A DNA stretch of 64,000 bases from positions 1,116,001 through 1,180,000 of the forward strand of contig MU058387.1 in NCBI GenBank assembly GCA_013265495.1, in the 5' to 3' direction. The notes beneath the pieces were generated by a model. That model did no database searches, was not told the DNA's origin, and worked only from the letters and a program-made list of their open reading frames with translations. The translations under genes were made by a program, and so were the position numbers. Of this stretch, positions 24,661-39,023 are shown piece after piece; position 1 is the first letter of the stretch; the number at the start of each line of letters is the position of its first letter. Source of the DNA: Vicugna vicugna (Eukaryota).

Positions 24661-27600
24661 CAATTCTCAGCAGTGTTCAGCTAAGAAATGAGCCCACTTC
24701 TTACCCTAATGTAGGATCCTGCCTCCTCATGAAGGTAGGAGAGGTGACCCGTGCCTTGCTGCTCACTAGCACAGTATCCAGACGTAGGATCCAGGTCCCA
24801 TCACAGCTAGCCTAGTGGTATTCTTACAGCTTCACTAAACTCTGAATTACTGTAGCTGAAACCATATCTGCCTTACTGAAAGTCATGTCCCCCACCTTGC
24901 TATAAGGCCTCTCATTTAACTCACTCTAAGTAAGCATTTGATTGTTGAATTAATGATTGAAAACAAGTTTCCTTACATTTTTGTAATAATTTTATCCTAA
25001 AGTAGAAAGGTTGCTATTTGAGGCATACAATTGTAGTGTTAAGGTCTCTGTTTCTAAAGAAGCACATTCTTTATGGCTTTGTAAGCCAATGCTCATTTAG
25101 AAACTGCATTTATTATTTTGGATAGCAAGTCTTAATAATACATTGAGCTAGTTTCTACAGTGACATTAATTCACCTGTGTATCTAAAGCAACCCCTGAGG
25201 ACTGTGTAAAATCTGAATGTAGACACTACAAGATTCCTTCCTCCGCCAGGCATCTGAGAGGTCTGTCATGATGGCTAGTATTCAGCCACACATCAGTGAG
25301 TGAAATTTGGAAATGTCAAAGCTAGCAAAGAAAATGAAATCTGCGATTGAAAACTCATGCAGAGGTTTCAGTGAGGCTAACGCTTCTGAGCTCTGCAAGA
25401 GGCAGCGTGCCAAGTCCCAGTGCTATCTCAGCCATCACACAAACACACATGTGACAGTGACCATTAACAGACACTCTGCAGGAGCCTGTGAGGAAATACA
25501 GCTCCATTAGCACCTGACTGGGTGCTCTTCTCTGTTTTATGCAGCAGGCTGACTTCTGTTTGGCTGCTTAGACAGACATACTTTCTTGTAATGTTGATAT
25601 GTGGCCACAGTTTGGGTCTTTTTATTCCACGTTCTCATCAGCTTTTCTAATGTATAATTATTCCCAAAGGCTCCATTTGGACCACTAAGATGCAGGATGG
25701 ACATAATCAACCTGAGAACCACATGACTAAAGGCTACATAAACCTTATTGCCAGGTAAGAAATAATTATATGATCTCTAATGCTAGAGTGTTTCACTTTT
25801 TTACTTTATTTTTTTTCTTTTTTTTTGAAGTGGTAAAAAATGTGTTTATTGTTAAGAGTGTCTTTATTCCCTGATCACTGTGGCTATCAGGAGGGACAGG
25901 GTAACCATGAGGGAAGACTAGGACAAAGAGTCCATAAGCATGGATTCTAGCTGGGGCTCTGAGATTACCTAGCTAGGTGCTTTCTGTGCTGGGCATAGAA
26001 TTGCTCTTCAGTAATATGAGAATTAAATGATCTCTAGAGGTCTGTCCTTTCCTCTGTAATTCAGTAATATTTTTCTTTGAAATATAATTCCACTTTTCTG
26101 AAAAGATTACTCAGCATTCTCAACATAATAACTTTAAAATCTGTAATTCCTAGACTCCCTTTTGTGTGTGTGCATGTGCTATGTAGATTAGTTCTTGGGT
26201 TTAAGTATTTCTATGTGTTTGAAATACTTGCTATAATATAGATGTCCTTCAAATATATTTCTTTCAAGTATTTGATCTCATTTATTTTCTTCTTTCTTCC
26301 TCTTCTTTTCCCATGTAAGTTCAGCACAGTCATGTAAAAAAGTAAAATACTGAAAAAATTCTTAACATGAACTGCACAATTAGGAGCAATTTTTTTCTGA
26401 AGCTTCTGCATCTGGCTATGGTCATTAGAAGCATAGCCATGGATTAGCCAATCATTAAGCCATTCGTCTGGCTATTATAGAATCACTAGGTTTGGAATGT
26501 CCAACCATTAAGCCATGCATTTTCATTATCATTATCCAATCAGGGATAATAAGTATATTAAATGTAATTCTCTGAAGGCATCAGCACATATTCAAGGAGC
26601 TAGAACTCCAAGGGACTAGAGGAGAAAGACGAATTGTGGTGACCCTAATGTTCCCCAATGCTTTTCTTATTAAAGCATAGGAAACAGCAAGTCATGAGTT
26701 AAAAATCTAAGGAAATATTTTGATAGATTTACTGTTTCAGGGAGAAAAAAATCAGAAATGTAGTTTCCATTGAGGATAAGGAAATCTGGAAAGTATTTCT
26801 GGTTTCAGTTCAGATTCCTGAAAGATTTCTTCCTAGAGCAAAAACACTAGAAGTGGACCAGGCCTCACTCAGAATAAAATCATCTATTAGATCTATTGAA
26901 ATAAGATGATATTCTAGAAGAAAATCTTATCCTCTCAGGGGGAAAAAAAAAAGCAAAACAGGAAAAATACAATATCTAGAGACTCTACAATGTTTCATAC
27001 ACTCTGTCCAGAATTTAAAAAGAAGTTATAGACATGCCTGAAGACAGGAAGAAATGATTAAAAACAAACAACCCAAAATTCAGACAATAGAAGCAGACAC
27101 TTGTCTACATGTTGGAGATATTTACAAACTTTTAAATAACTGTGCAAAAAGTGATCAGAAAATAAAACACAGCATGCCTACTTTTCTCAGAGTATTGTAA
27201 TCTATGTAAAAACATGAAATTAAGTTAGAATAAAAACTCTAATAGCTAAAATTATTATTTAATGAGCTAAACAGCAAATTAGAGACAACAAAAGAGAGGA
27301 TTAGTGAACTGAAAGCTAGCTAAGTAAAGACATACCCAACTGACAAAGGGGAAGCATTATAAACACAGAAAAGAACTTAACTAGTCATATGAGACAGAGT
27401 GAGAAGTTTCAGCATTCATGAGTTTAAAGTATGAGAGAGGAAATAGAATGAGACAAAAACAATATTTGAAAGTTATTTGGAAAGATATTTTTCAAAATTG
27501 TTGAAAGATATCAAGCAACAGATTCTCAAAGACCTATTAACTTGAAGCAAAATATTTACAACAAAAACACAGTGAAGTTTACCATACCAAAATTTCTGAA

Positions 27601-28270
27601 AGCCAAAGATGAATAGAAAATGTTAAAAGCAAGACCACAGAGCCTTCAAAGGAGTAATAATAGGACTGATGGCTAGCTTTTCAATAGACGTAAAGTCAAG
27701 TTAAGTCTTTAACATTAATTACTTGACCAGATGAAAACAAAAACAAAAACAAAGACTATATACTTCCGACAATAGCACAGGTTGAAATTTATAGGAAGAT
27801 AAAGACATGCCATGTAAGCACCATGAAAAAGAACCTTTTTATGGCTACATGAATAGCAGATGATGTAGCTCTGAGATATAGTACATATTATAAAAGATAA
27901 GTATTATAAAGGTAAAATGATCAGTCTGCTGAAATAATTAACTCAAACATTTCTGGGCATCTAATAGCATAGCTTCAAAAAATAGAAGGAAAAAAGTGAA
28001 ACTAATAGAAATAAAAAAAGGAAATAGATATATTTGAAAATACAGTGAGAGATTTTAAAAAACCTTCCTTAAATACTAAAAGACCAAGCAGACGAATATT
28101 TCACAAGGATACGCATCATAAACCAGGCTGACTTAATTGACATAGACGGGGCCCTAAATCACCAAACTGCACAACAAATACTCTTTTTTCAAATGCACAT
28201 GGGACACTTACAAAATTAACAATATGCTAGGCTGTAAAGCAAGGCTCAAGAAATGTTAACGGATTTGACT

Positions 28271-28779
28271 TGATGAGATTCATTGGTCTTGGATTTGAAC
28301 GTAAACCAAAATTGCAAGACATAATAGGCTTGATCCACCACCACATTTATTTAGCTTTAAGCAAAGACACAAGACACACATATGCATGCTATATGTGTAT
28401 ACGAATAGCAAAAGCACAGTAGGAATCCCAGGCACAATAATCTATACACTCTTTGGATGTGCATGATGATGAAAGATGGGGCTGTGTGTGTGTGTGTGTG
28501 TGTGTGAAGCCACTTCAACCCAGAGGGGCTCTTCTAGCTTTTATTAGAATATCAGTTACATACTCCTCTCTCGAAAATGTGCCTCACTCCCATTGCTCAG
28601 CGTAGCTCAACCTTATCAATTGCAGGTTACTTTGAAAACAATCTCAACAATAACTTAACAGGTGCTCAGTCAAAACGTAGAATTTATTATAGATCCAGCT
28701 GGCTTCTATGAACTTCCTGACTTAATACTGCAGAAGGATTTTGGCAAACATCATCCTTAGGTTTTTCTGAGGGTAGACA
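28271..28779 (-). mobile_element. Probable old LTR inserted in the L1M
   Basis: TG...CA bounded non-L1 block with minus-strand AATAAA. No clear TSD. Confidence 0.4.
28483..28506. repeat. (TG)n microsatellite
   Basis: Direct reading. Confidence 0.95.
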
Positions 28780-28859
28780 AAAGAATATAGATCAACTGTT
28801 AAATAACCTTCCAAACGGAAACCAGTAACATGAAAATAATTATAACATGCAAATATTTG

Positions 28860-29462
28860 CATGCAAAGATACATGCACCCAAGTGTTCATAGCAGCACTA
28901 TTTACAAGAGCCAAGACATGGAAGCAAACTAAATGTCCAATGATAGATGACTGGATAACGAAGTGGTATATATATATATATATATCTCAGAATAAAAAAG
29001 AGTAAAAATAGAATAAAATAATGCCATTTGCAGCAACATGGATAGACCTGAAGATTTTCATACTAAGCGAAGTAAGCCAGAAAGAGAAAGAAAATTACCA
29101 TATGGTATCACTTATATGTGAAATCTAAAAGAGACGACACCAATGAACTTATTTACAAAACAGAAACAGACTCACAGACATAGAAACAAACTTATGGTTA
29201 CCAGGAGGAGAAGAGGGCAGGGAGGGATAAATCTGGAGTTCAGGATTTGCAGATACTAACTATTACATATAAAACAGGTAAACACAAGGTCCTTCTGTAG
29301 AGCCCAGGGAACTATATTTGATATCTTGTAATAGCCTATAATGAAAAAGACTATAAAAAGCAATATATGTCTTTATATGTATAACTGAATCACTGTGCTG
29401 CATACCAGATATTAACATAACATTGTAAACCAACTATACTTCAATTAAAAATAAATAAATAA
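28860..29462 (+). mobile_element. Young 5'-truncated L1 3' end nested in the old L1M
   Basis: ORF2 C-terminus, 3'UTR and (TAAA)n tail. 9-bp TSD AAATATTTG (28851-28859, 29463-29471). Confidence 0.85.
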
Positions 29463-32400
29463 AAATATTTGGAAATAACACAATACAATTTTTAATCAGT
29501 GATAGTCCAAGAAAGAACCAAAAGAGATAAAACTTCGTGGGATATAGATAAACTTTGGTTTAGAATGAAGTTAGAACAAGATTAGCAAATTAAACCCAGT
29601 GAATACAGGATGAAAGAAACAATAAGGAATATAGCAAATGTACAATAGACATTATAAACCAAACCAAAGTTTATTTCTTTGGAAGTTATAATGCATTTGC
29701 TAGAATGGGTGATCGATAAACTGAGACTGCACAAAGTAGCAATGTTCACAAATTTTAAAGGGACATCACATCAAACTCCTTACATTAAAATAGTAAGGTA
29801 TTATGAACATTTTAATACTGTATGTTTGGAAATCCACATAAAATGAACAAATTCCATGTGACAGAGGTCTCGTTGCATTGCATTGAGGAAAGACCAATCT
29901 AATCAATGGTGCTAGGACATCGGGACATCTCATAATAATTAAAAAAAAAAAAGAAACACTTGGTTCCTACCTTACAGTATTCACTAAAGTCAGCTGCAGG
30001 TAGCTCTTTAACTTAAATGGGAAACATAAAACAGCAACAGTAAAACACAAAAACAGGAAACTATCAACTTCTAGAAGATAACGTAAGAAAATCTATTCAC
30101 AATGTTCAGGAGACAAACATTTCTTAAACTGGACAAGGAAAGAACTGACTTAAAAAAAAGTTTAGAAAGTATGACTGTACTAAAATTAAGAACTTTTGTT
30201 CATCAAAGAGCAACACTGAGAAACCAGGCAAACCAGAGAGTGGGAGGAGATATTGGTCATACATGTATCATCAAAGAATGTGCATTTTCAAAGATCTCAT
30301 TAAAGTCATTAAGGAAATAAAAAACACTTACAAAACTGAATAAAGGATTGAAAAGTCACTCTACAAACAAGTATATTCAAACATCCAGTAAAAAGTGATT
30401 GCCCTCATGTATTTGGCAAATGTAAATGAAAAGCACAATAAAATATTACTACTTACACTGACTCAATTAAATAGCAAAAACAACAAAAATAAAATACTTA
30501 AAACTACCATGTATTGGTGAGGACGTGGTACAACTGAAACTCCCTTAAATGTTAGTGGGAATTTCAATCAATACAATCATTTTGATCAATTGTTTTGTAT
30601 TATTTTCTAACTTACAGTATACACACACCTGCAAGTACACTCCTATGTATTAGTTCAACATGAGTGCATAAGTACGCATACCAGAGGATACGTCCCGAGC
30701 AGCCGTATTATTACAGCTTGAAAAGAAAATAATGCAACTGTCCATCAAGAGTAGAATGCAAGATATGAACTGTGGTACCATCATCCTACGTATTAATAAT
30801 ATTATCAAATTAAACTTAAATACATGAAATAATACACATGAATCTCACTGACAAAAATCTGAGTTAAAAAAAAGACATGAGGGAGTACACGCTCTCTGAT
30901 TTTTGTCATGTGAAAATGAAATTGGGAAAAAACTAACTGATGGTTAGAGAAGTCAGAATAATGTTTATCTCTCAGGAGAATAAATACGTGGGGTGGGCCT
31001 GAGGCAGTCTTCTGGAACCCTGGTAATGTTCTGTTTCTCAATCTGTTTGTAGTTACACAGATATGTTTACTTTTCAATGATTATCAAGCAATGCTATTAT
31101 GATTTGTGTACCTTTCTGTATATATTCTCTATTTCAAAAATAAAATAAAATGAAAAGTATTCTTCCTGGAGCAAAGAGATCCTGTCATGAAGAATCTCTA
31201 TTTTGTTCTCTATACGCTTGAAGAGCAGTGGGATCAGGTACTGCTAATCTCAAGGGACCAATTAGAAAATGAAAAATTATCTAGTTGTGTTTCTTAGAGA
31301 ATTTGTGGATAACTAGAAGACTGGAATTGAACCAATGTTCTGAAATATTACAGCAGTTTGGCTATAAAGATTCAGCCGTAGGGATGTTAAATAGCTTTGC
31401 CAAATTTTTAAATAAGATATTCAGCCCTTTTAGGGCTGGTTGTATAATCAGTTCCGGGAGACTGAGAACATTTCAATGGAGAAAGAGGTGGAAGGAAACA
31501 GCAGGTAAAGAAAATCACGTTGCCTGTAAGATTATATTCCGTAATCAAACTGAAGCTACATTTGTCTTACCTCCTGGTGTGAGGATAGAATAGAAGGTAA
31601 TAACTCATAACTATCTCTATCTGTAAACTAAAAACTCTGCTTCCCAGCTCTTGGCTTTGCCTATATCTGAACTTAAACTTAGAAAAATAGGAAACATTCA
31701 CAACATCACACTTACACAAGTACTTTCAGTTCTTGTGTAATAGTCAAAGTTCACTTACCATTCATCAATTTTATGACATAGTCACTCACTAAAGTACAGT
31801 TGAGAGCCAGAAAGTGAATAAGAAAAGGGCCTTAAGCAAAAGAGATGTCGGCAATAAAATTCATTAATATGCTCTCAGGAAAGTGCCCCTGTATCTAACT
31901 CATGTCCTTTGATTTTTAATACTTTCTTGATTATCTGATTTCCATAAAATGGCAACATCAGAATTGAGTGTTCGGATATTCTAGAATATCAGTCGTGTTT
32001 TCCATGCAGTATGTTATTTCAGATCCTGATTGGTGGCCTCAGTCTTTCTATTTGATGCGAAAGAGTTTGGTCCGTTTGTCACTTGTGTTCTTCCTCAGTG
32101 TCCCTGAGAATATAACCCTTTCTACACTATGCCTCGACTCTAACAAAAAATCCTGCCCATTGTCCACACCACAGGAAAACATGAGCATTGCTCAGATCTT
32201 CTGGGAGGACCCTCTGAAGCAGCTGGATCTTTCTGTAGGAAAGTAAAATGTATTAAGGGTCATCTCTCCCAACCTGGGGAGACGGAAAACTAAAAGTGCT
32301 TGACAGCGAAGCTTCCTGGAGTGGTGGTTATGAACGATCCAATCAGGAAAGAGCAACTCTACAAGAGCCTATTGGACCAGGGGCACTGAAGCAATTAATT

Positions 32401-34588
32401 AAATTTAATTTGATTAAATAAATTAAATGCTGAGAGCAAAGCAAGAGGATGTGGTAGCAATAAAACTAGAACAAAGTAGGAGAGCCAGTCTGGCTAATAC
32501 TTTCTATTGAAATGACTAGCCTTGTTTAGCATTTATAAAAGAGCAAAGTTGTGTTTTTATTGTAATTTTGAAATATTTATAATTTTGTATGAGAAATACA
32601 TTCATTTTTGTCTCATTCGATTTGCTTCATAATTTGTTTTATGAATAATAGATATAAACCATTTTATATTCATATGTTATAAATATAAGAATATAAAGAT
32701 ATACAAACACTATGTCAGTATAAAAATAAAACTTCAATGTTTTGATGTACAAAATAAATACATCTGCATGTATACAAATGTGTGTATATATATATATAAT
32801 TCATAGATTACATAGATGAATAGAAAAATACAGATCACTACGAGATACAGCAGATTTAAAGCAAACAATTGGAAATACAAGGTAGATAAAAGCAGGTTCA
32901 CCAGAGGAAAGTAACAGTGAGTCTGACAGTGATATAAAAGAGAAAATATGTATCAAAAGGAAATACAAGAAATAAAATGAAGCCATCCAGTGAACAGCAA
33001 GTACGATCTCCCGAAGGAAATCGCCACCATAGCCCAGAATAATTTTGACATCCATAATGATGACCCTGAGGAATATAAAAAATATTTATTGCACTTTTTG
33101 AAAGTAAGTATCAAATATTATAGCTCTGAGTTTGTAAGAGTAGCTAGGCTTCAAATGTGTCTGGGAGACTTGCAACGGTACAAAAACATAATTGATAAAG
33201 TAATTTTCTGAAAATCTAAAAAAAAATGTGCTCATCTATGCCTCCGTTTTAAAATTATACCCTGGCAGAAGTTCACTGAACGTTTCTATTTGAATCGAAG
33301 AGGCTTCCTTTGGTTAATGCACTTTTGTTAATTGCACGCTTAATGAGTCTCCACGGGAGGCCCGGGGTTGTATTCCTCAAGGAAATGCTTCTCAAGCTTC
33401 TCTGACATGTGTCCCCGGATGAACCTTTCTGTTCTACCAAGCCTCGAATAGTGTGAAGACTTGGAGAAATTCAACAGCAGTTTATGCCTCTCTGCTTAGA
33501 AATATTAAAACAGCAGAGGTTTGGGAAGTTGCTGTTTTCCCCATATTGACTACCAGTTACGGGTGATCTTAACGATGTATAAAAATGTCACTAGTTTTAT
33601 AAATCTTAGTAAAATATTAGAAATAGTTTTATATTATTTGTTATTATATTTTCTTCAAGGATGACACTATGAAGACTTCTATTATAAGCTGGAGATTTGT
33701 CAGCGTGGTATATAGATTTATGGGCTGGTTAAATGATAAGCTTCATACATCTCAGTTAAATAAGTCTGTAAACAGACAAGTTTTCTATATTATCTGAGAA
33801 GATTAGTAGAAATTGATGAGCACATGTGTTTTTAGCTTAGTTGTTGCAGAGCTTGGTTAATACAGAATTGCAATGAAGACATAAGAAGTAATGTCTAATA
33901 GATTTTTACTAACAGATTTTAATAAACTAATATTAACTGAGGAGTATACCATTGTGATTTAGTGACATACATGGATTCTGTAGTGCATATTTTTAAATCA
34001 TTTTGATTATATTATAACATGAAGAGTAACTGAAAACTGGCATTATAAAGCAAAGATTTTGGAGAGTTACTTTAATGAAAATGAGTAACTTGTAATTATC
34101 ACATCTTTAATTATGACTTCCAGTGTATTTAACATTGACCTTTTTCTTTGAGCATATTGAACGTATCAACTGAAAATATCCTTTAACTACTAATTTTCTT
34201 GCTCATATTTCTCTTACAGAGAAAGAAAAAAATAGCAAATTCTAGCCAAGCCAATGTTCACAAGCATCAGATTTCAATTAGTGGAGCCCTGAGGTGTTCA
34301 TTTTCCCTCAAGAAAAAGTACTTAAAAAAAAACAATAAAAATTCAACTTTACCAATAACAAACTTATCCAACAATTTAGTAGAACGGTAATGATTGGAGA
34401 ACAAGTACAGATTATTCCTGTGTCTGAGATAGTACTGGCAAGTAGAATTGTGGGAAAGGCAGCTCCTAAGATGTCAGGAAAAGAAGAACTGGATGCATTT
34501 CTTCCAGAACCGTCTGGTTTTTAAGACCTCATAATTACCATTTACTTGTGCTCACCAGTCCTCAATGTGCTGGATGGGTGCAACTGCT

Positions 34589-34617
34589 CAAAAAAAAAAA
34601 AAAAAAAAAAAAAAAAA
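34589..34617. repeat. Poly(A) tract
   Basis: Direct reading. Confidence 0.95.
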
Positions 34618-34673
34618 CTAAAATCGAGAAGAGAAACAAGTCTCTATCTATGTACAGGTAGATTTCAGGTTGG

Positions 34674-35165
34674 TGTTGCCAATTAAAAGTTGGCACTTGT
34701 CATCTGCCTCTGACAAGGATTAAATCGTGAGCTGCTGCAGCCACTGCCCTTCAACACACCCCGAAAGGAGTTCAGGGTGGAGATGAGCAGAGAGGCACTC
34801 TGTCCTACGGAAAAAATTGGCAGCACAAACCTCCAGTTAGACATTTTTAGAAGATTTTATGAGCCCAAATTCTTGCATTTCTTCACACCTAGAAAAGTAC
34901 TAAAATCATTAACGGATCCATCTGCTCCTTGTGACGAGCAGTAACCTTCACAAGACTAGTTGGTAACCTTCCGCAAAAATGTGTGCTTGATCGTATGTAC
35001 TCCCCCTTCACCAAAATCACATATGTACTGACCTTCCCGCCGCCTCTTCAGAGCAGTTCCTCAGAGCCACCTGAAATGCTGTCTCCTGGGCTACAGTCCT
35101 CATTTTGTCCCTTATAAAACTTAACTCACACCTCTCCTGTTGTGCATTTTTTTCTTCAGTCAACA
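34674..35165 (+). mobile_element. ERV1 solo LTR (MER34/LTR39-like)
   Basis: Diagnostic 3' end gctgtctcctgggctacagtcctcatttt...aaaacttaactcac...ttttcttcagtcaaCA. The 5' boundary is approximate (possible TSD GTTG). Confidence 0.7.
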
Positions 35166-35564
35166 GTTGTCTCTTTAGATGTAATGTGAGGCAGCTCTGC
35201 TAAGCGGGACTCCTGTGTGTGAACTTGGCAGGTGGAATGAGCTGGAATGAGAGGATATCCAGGATGTGCATGTTGCCAGAAGCCACTATCAAAGTTTAAA
35301 GAGATCAAGGAAACACTGAGCCTCATAATCCCATAGCCTCGGCTTATATCTTCATAGTTTTGTGATAACATAAAATATATTATCACTACTTTATGAGAGA
35401 GCAGTTTTGGGGACTCCTGTATTAACAGAATATTTTATTATTCAAAGTTTATTGCTATCACTAGTTAGGCACTTCCAAACCAGAAACCTGTGATTCCCAT
35501 TTTTCTCTTTTGGGTTCTTCTCATTTTATTTGCATGTATAACATCTGCTTAGCTCAGAGCTGGG

Positions 35565-35655
35565 TATATGTATGATGGGACATCATGCTGTACACCAGAA
35601 ATAGACACATTATAACTGACTATACTTCAGTTAAAATAAAACAAAGCAAAACACA
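35565..35655 (+). mobile_element. Extreme 3' fragment of a young L1
   Basis: tgctgtacaccagaaatagacacattataactgactatacttca followed by an A-rich tail. Confidence 0.7.
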
Positions 35656-35859
35656 CTTTGCTGGTAATAGGAGTCTAAGGATTTTTATTTACATATGTTT
35701 CAAAATTTAAAATATACACATAAATTCAAATGCATGCAAGCAATCACACCTTTACTTCTAGTCCATGTAAATGCTTAACAATTATTCTTAACGTTTATTG
35801 TTACCAGCAGTTTGCCTTTTCATTTATTATCTTGTCTTCAAGTGGAATATAAATGTGAT

Positions 35860-36235
35860 GCGAAGGGTCTTAGAATGGGTTTCTTAGATTCTGAAGATGA
35901 AGGATGACGTGTAGGTTTATTTGGCAGTGACTCTGAGAGATTTACAACTAAAGAAGTTAAAAGGCAAGGCTGAGCACAGGGAAAGCTGGATTGTAAGGCA
36001 GTTACAATTGAGATTTAGGTGGTCCTGGGAGATGCTCTGGAGCTGAGATGACTTGTTAGGGTGATTGCTCTTAGTTGGCAGATTAGGGGTGAGGAGAATG
36101 AATGGTAGCCTTGGGTCAAGAAGTTCTAAGGCCAAGAGCAATTCGCAAAGGCAGATGCAGCTATAAGCCAGTGACATCTGATGTTCTCAAAAATTCAAGC
36201 ACACAACCATGTCATACTGACATGGTACCAGTTTT
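35860..36235 (-). mobile_element. Old ERVL LTR (LTR16-like)
   Basis: aggcaaggctgagcacagggaaagctggattgtaaggcagtt...gctctggagctgagatg. Confidence 0.45.
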
Positions 36236-39023
36236 CACTGCAGGGGGCTATGGTTTTGTTTGTTAATTCTTCCTATATCCCCAAAGTTTAGAACAGTGCC
36301 TAGCAGAGAGCATGTGCTCAATGAATAAGTGCTGAAAGAAAATAATTTATCAAAATCTTGTAACTTGTAGCTTATTAGATCTATAAAATTCTGACAAATT
36401 AATCTATGAATTACAGTACAGGCTGAGAAGAAAAACAATGTAGTGTTCTATTGAACATAGAACATAGATAGAAGAATAACTGTTAGAGAGGGGTCAGTGA
36501 TGGTTGCTTCCGAGAAACTTTCAGTAGATGATAGAGAAATATTTGAGAAAATACAAATACTATATTCAAGGAGTTCTCATTATTAAATGGGAAAAGAAGA
36601 CAGTACAGGTGAGACTATTTGGAGTTTTTTAAATCTCAATAAATGTCTGTGAATCTGGTAACTTTGGAAATAGATATGTCAGTTTATACTAGCATGTTTC
36701 AAATAAAAGTATTTTAGAAGACTTCAACTTGCATACCAATCAGAAAGTGTATTTCAAACAAGCATCCTAATTCATTGTTTAGGAAACTGTGGTGTTTTTG
36801 ATTTGAAAAGTCTTATTTTGTGTAACTGAATTGAAATCCTCAAAATATTTATTTACTGGGTCAACCAATTTGATTATTCTGATAAAGATGAAGTCTATGC
36901 AAAAACTGAGTGCTTATTTTCTTTGATACACGTTAAAATTGGAGTGATATAGAAAAGTACATCATGGCCCCAGGGCAAGCACAGAATGCAAATATGTGAA
37001 GCATTTTATGTGTATCATTTATAGAAAAGCAGAAATATCAAGCTGATCAAATCCCTTCTGGTAACATTTAACATCCTAAGAGAATGGAGCAACAGCAATC
37101 AGATATTCAGGGGAAAATTATGTCAGCTGTGGAGGGTTTAGTGAGTCAAGCTTTCCTACAAGTATCAAGTCTATAGACAGTTCTGTACCTGTGAGAAATC
37201 AAGGAATATTTTCCTCGTGATCTCTTCTTAAGAACAGTACGTGAAGATAAACGATAGCCAATCAAAGGATGTCTGGAGAAACTACGGACAGGACTGGTAC
37301 TGAACGCCTGACAAATGCTTACGTGTAAAACTTAGTACAAACGTGAGATTAGGTTACAAAACAGAACGTAAATACAGATGCTCTGATCATGTAAACAACC
37401 CAACAAAACTTAGGAGGAGAAGGGATAAGGAAGTTAAAAGATTGAGTAAGTTCAGTGTTTGCCCCTTCTCTAATAGCTGATGGGTCAAGTGATTCATAAA
37501 CATTTAAAGTACTTAGAAAGATAAATATTTAGGAAATCACATAAAGGAGGACAGAGAATTGAGGGAGAAGGTGGAATAATGTTATTTTATCAGGGCTTGT
37601 ATTAGGTAAATAATAGCTCAGCTGAAAAATAGATGGCTAAGTTTTTATATGGCAAATTCTTGTATAATATTATTGTATAAAATGTAACATTTAAAGTACA
37701 GAATAAATACAAACATCCTTATATATTGGACGGCCTATATACATATACACACACACAGATACTGACACAGTAATGAAAACCACATAGCAAGGCTTGTATG
37801 TTAAAACTATAAAAACAGAAACTATAACCTAAAATTGTCTGACAAAACTAATATGAAACACATCTTCCGTGCAATAAATATACAGTGAGTAACGACACAT
37901 TAAATGAAAAGATTTATAAAATGGGACACAAAGTAAACTCCAAATCTAAGTTACAAATCTAAGATATAGTAAAGAGACATAGATAAGACAGTGATTTAGG
38001 AAGTGTAACAGTAAATGGAGAAGCAAGGGTATTTTAAGTAAAAGCAAACAAAAAGGAAGTGTGCAATTTACAATGTTATCCCTTTGTGCATAACTATATA
38101 CTGGATAACATAACATTAACATTCATGAAGCAAATATTAAAGGTAAACTTTTTTTTTTCAGAGATACCCACTTGTATCAGCAGAGTTTAATTCTCTCTCA
38201 GTCCACTATTCTTTTACATATGGAAAAGAAAAAAGTAAAATAGTTAGATCTGGTTGATACATAAGTGATTCTGAAAGTCATAAAAATAGAAAACATAATT
38301 TCCTTTCAGATGTCCATGGAACAGTCACAAACATTGACTATATGTTAGTTTGCAACAAATTAATCACAATGCCAAATGAAGTTCCCTGAATTAATAACAA
38401 AACCAGAAATGATCCTCCCACAAAGAAATTAATATACTAATATAATCTATATTAACTACTATTGAATAAGAGGAAAAATACAAGTATAAACAGTAAAGTT
38501 TCAGTAAAACCAAAATAATGGTTAAAAATGACAATTATTCAGAACCAAGAGGATTCAGCAAAATGAATGTTCCGAGATAAAATTATAATCTTGAATAATT
38601 AATGAAAAAGAAGCTAATAAAACTTTCCATACGAAAAATTAGAATAAAAATGACTAAACATACGAAGAGAGTCTGAAGAAAATTATTAATGACTATGAAA
38701 GAAATTAGTTTAAATTAATCAGTGGAATTGTCGACAATGGTAGGCAAACAAATGTTTGCTCTTTAAATTAAAATAACAACATAGAAACATCGAATTTAAC
38801 CTATGTGGGAAGAAATATAAAATCAAAAAATTGCAAAATAATAAAAAATGAGGATGAAAAAGCCCGAGTTAATTACAAGAATAAGAAGATTACACTGCAC
38901 ACCACAAACCTGACAAACTCTATAAAAATGGGTAAGTTTTTAGAAAATGTTTGTTACCAAAATTTACCACATAAACAATTAAAAGCTTAAAAGGTCAACT
39001 TTCCATAGTGGTCATAGAGGGTG

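Larger units (their letters stand above)
26650..31150 (+). mobile_element. Old, deleted L1M element (ORF1, ORF2 pieces, 3'UTR, A-tail)
   Basis: ORF1-like aacagcaaattagagacaacaaaagagaggattagtgaactgaaag, ORF2 endonuclease-region motifs, and a 3' end ...ttcaaaaataaaataaaa. Interrupted by younger inserts. Confidence 0.75.

Noticed and set aside
31285..31593. 102-aa ORF
   Set aside because: TTG start, no recognisable motif or flanking splice sites, and within the chance range of ORF lengths in this window.
34589..34617. Poly(A) as the tail of a processed pseudogene
   Set aside because: No upstream AATAAA, ORF or TSD could be identified.
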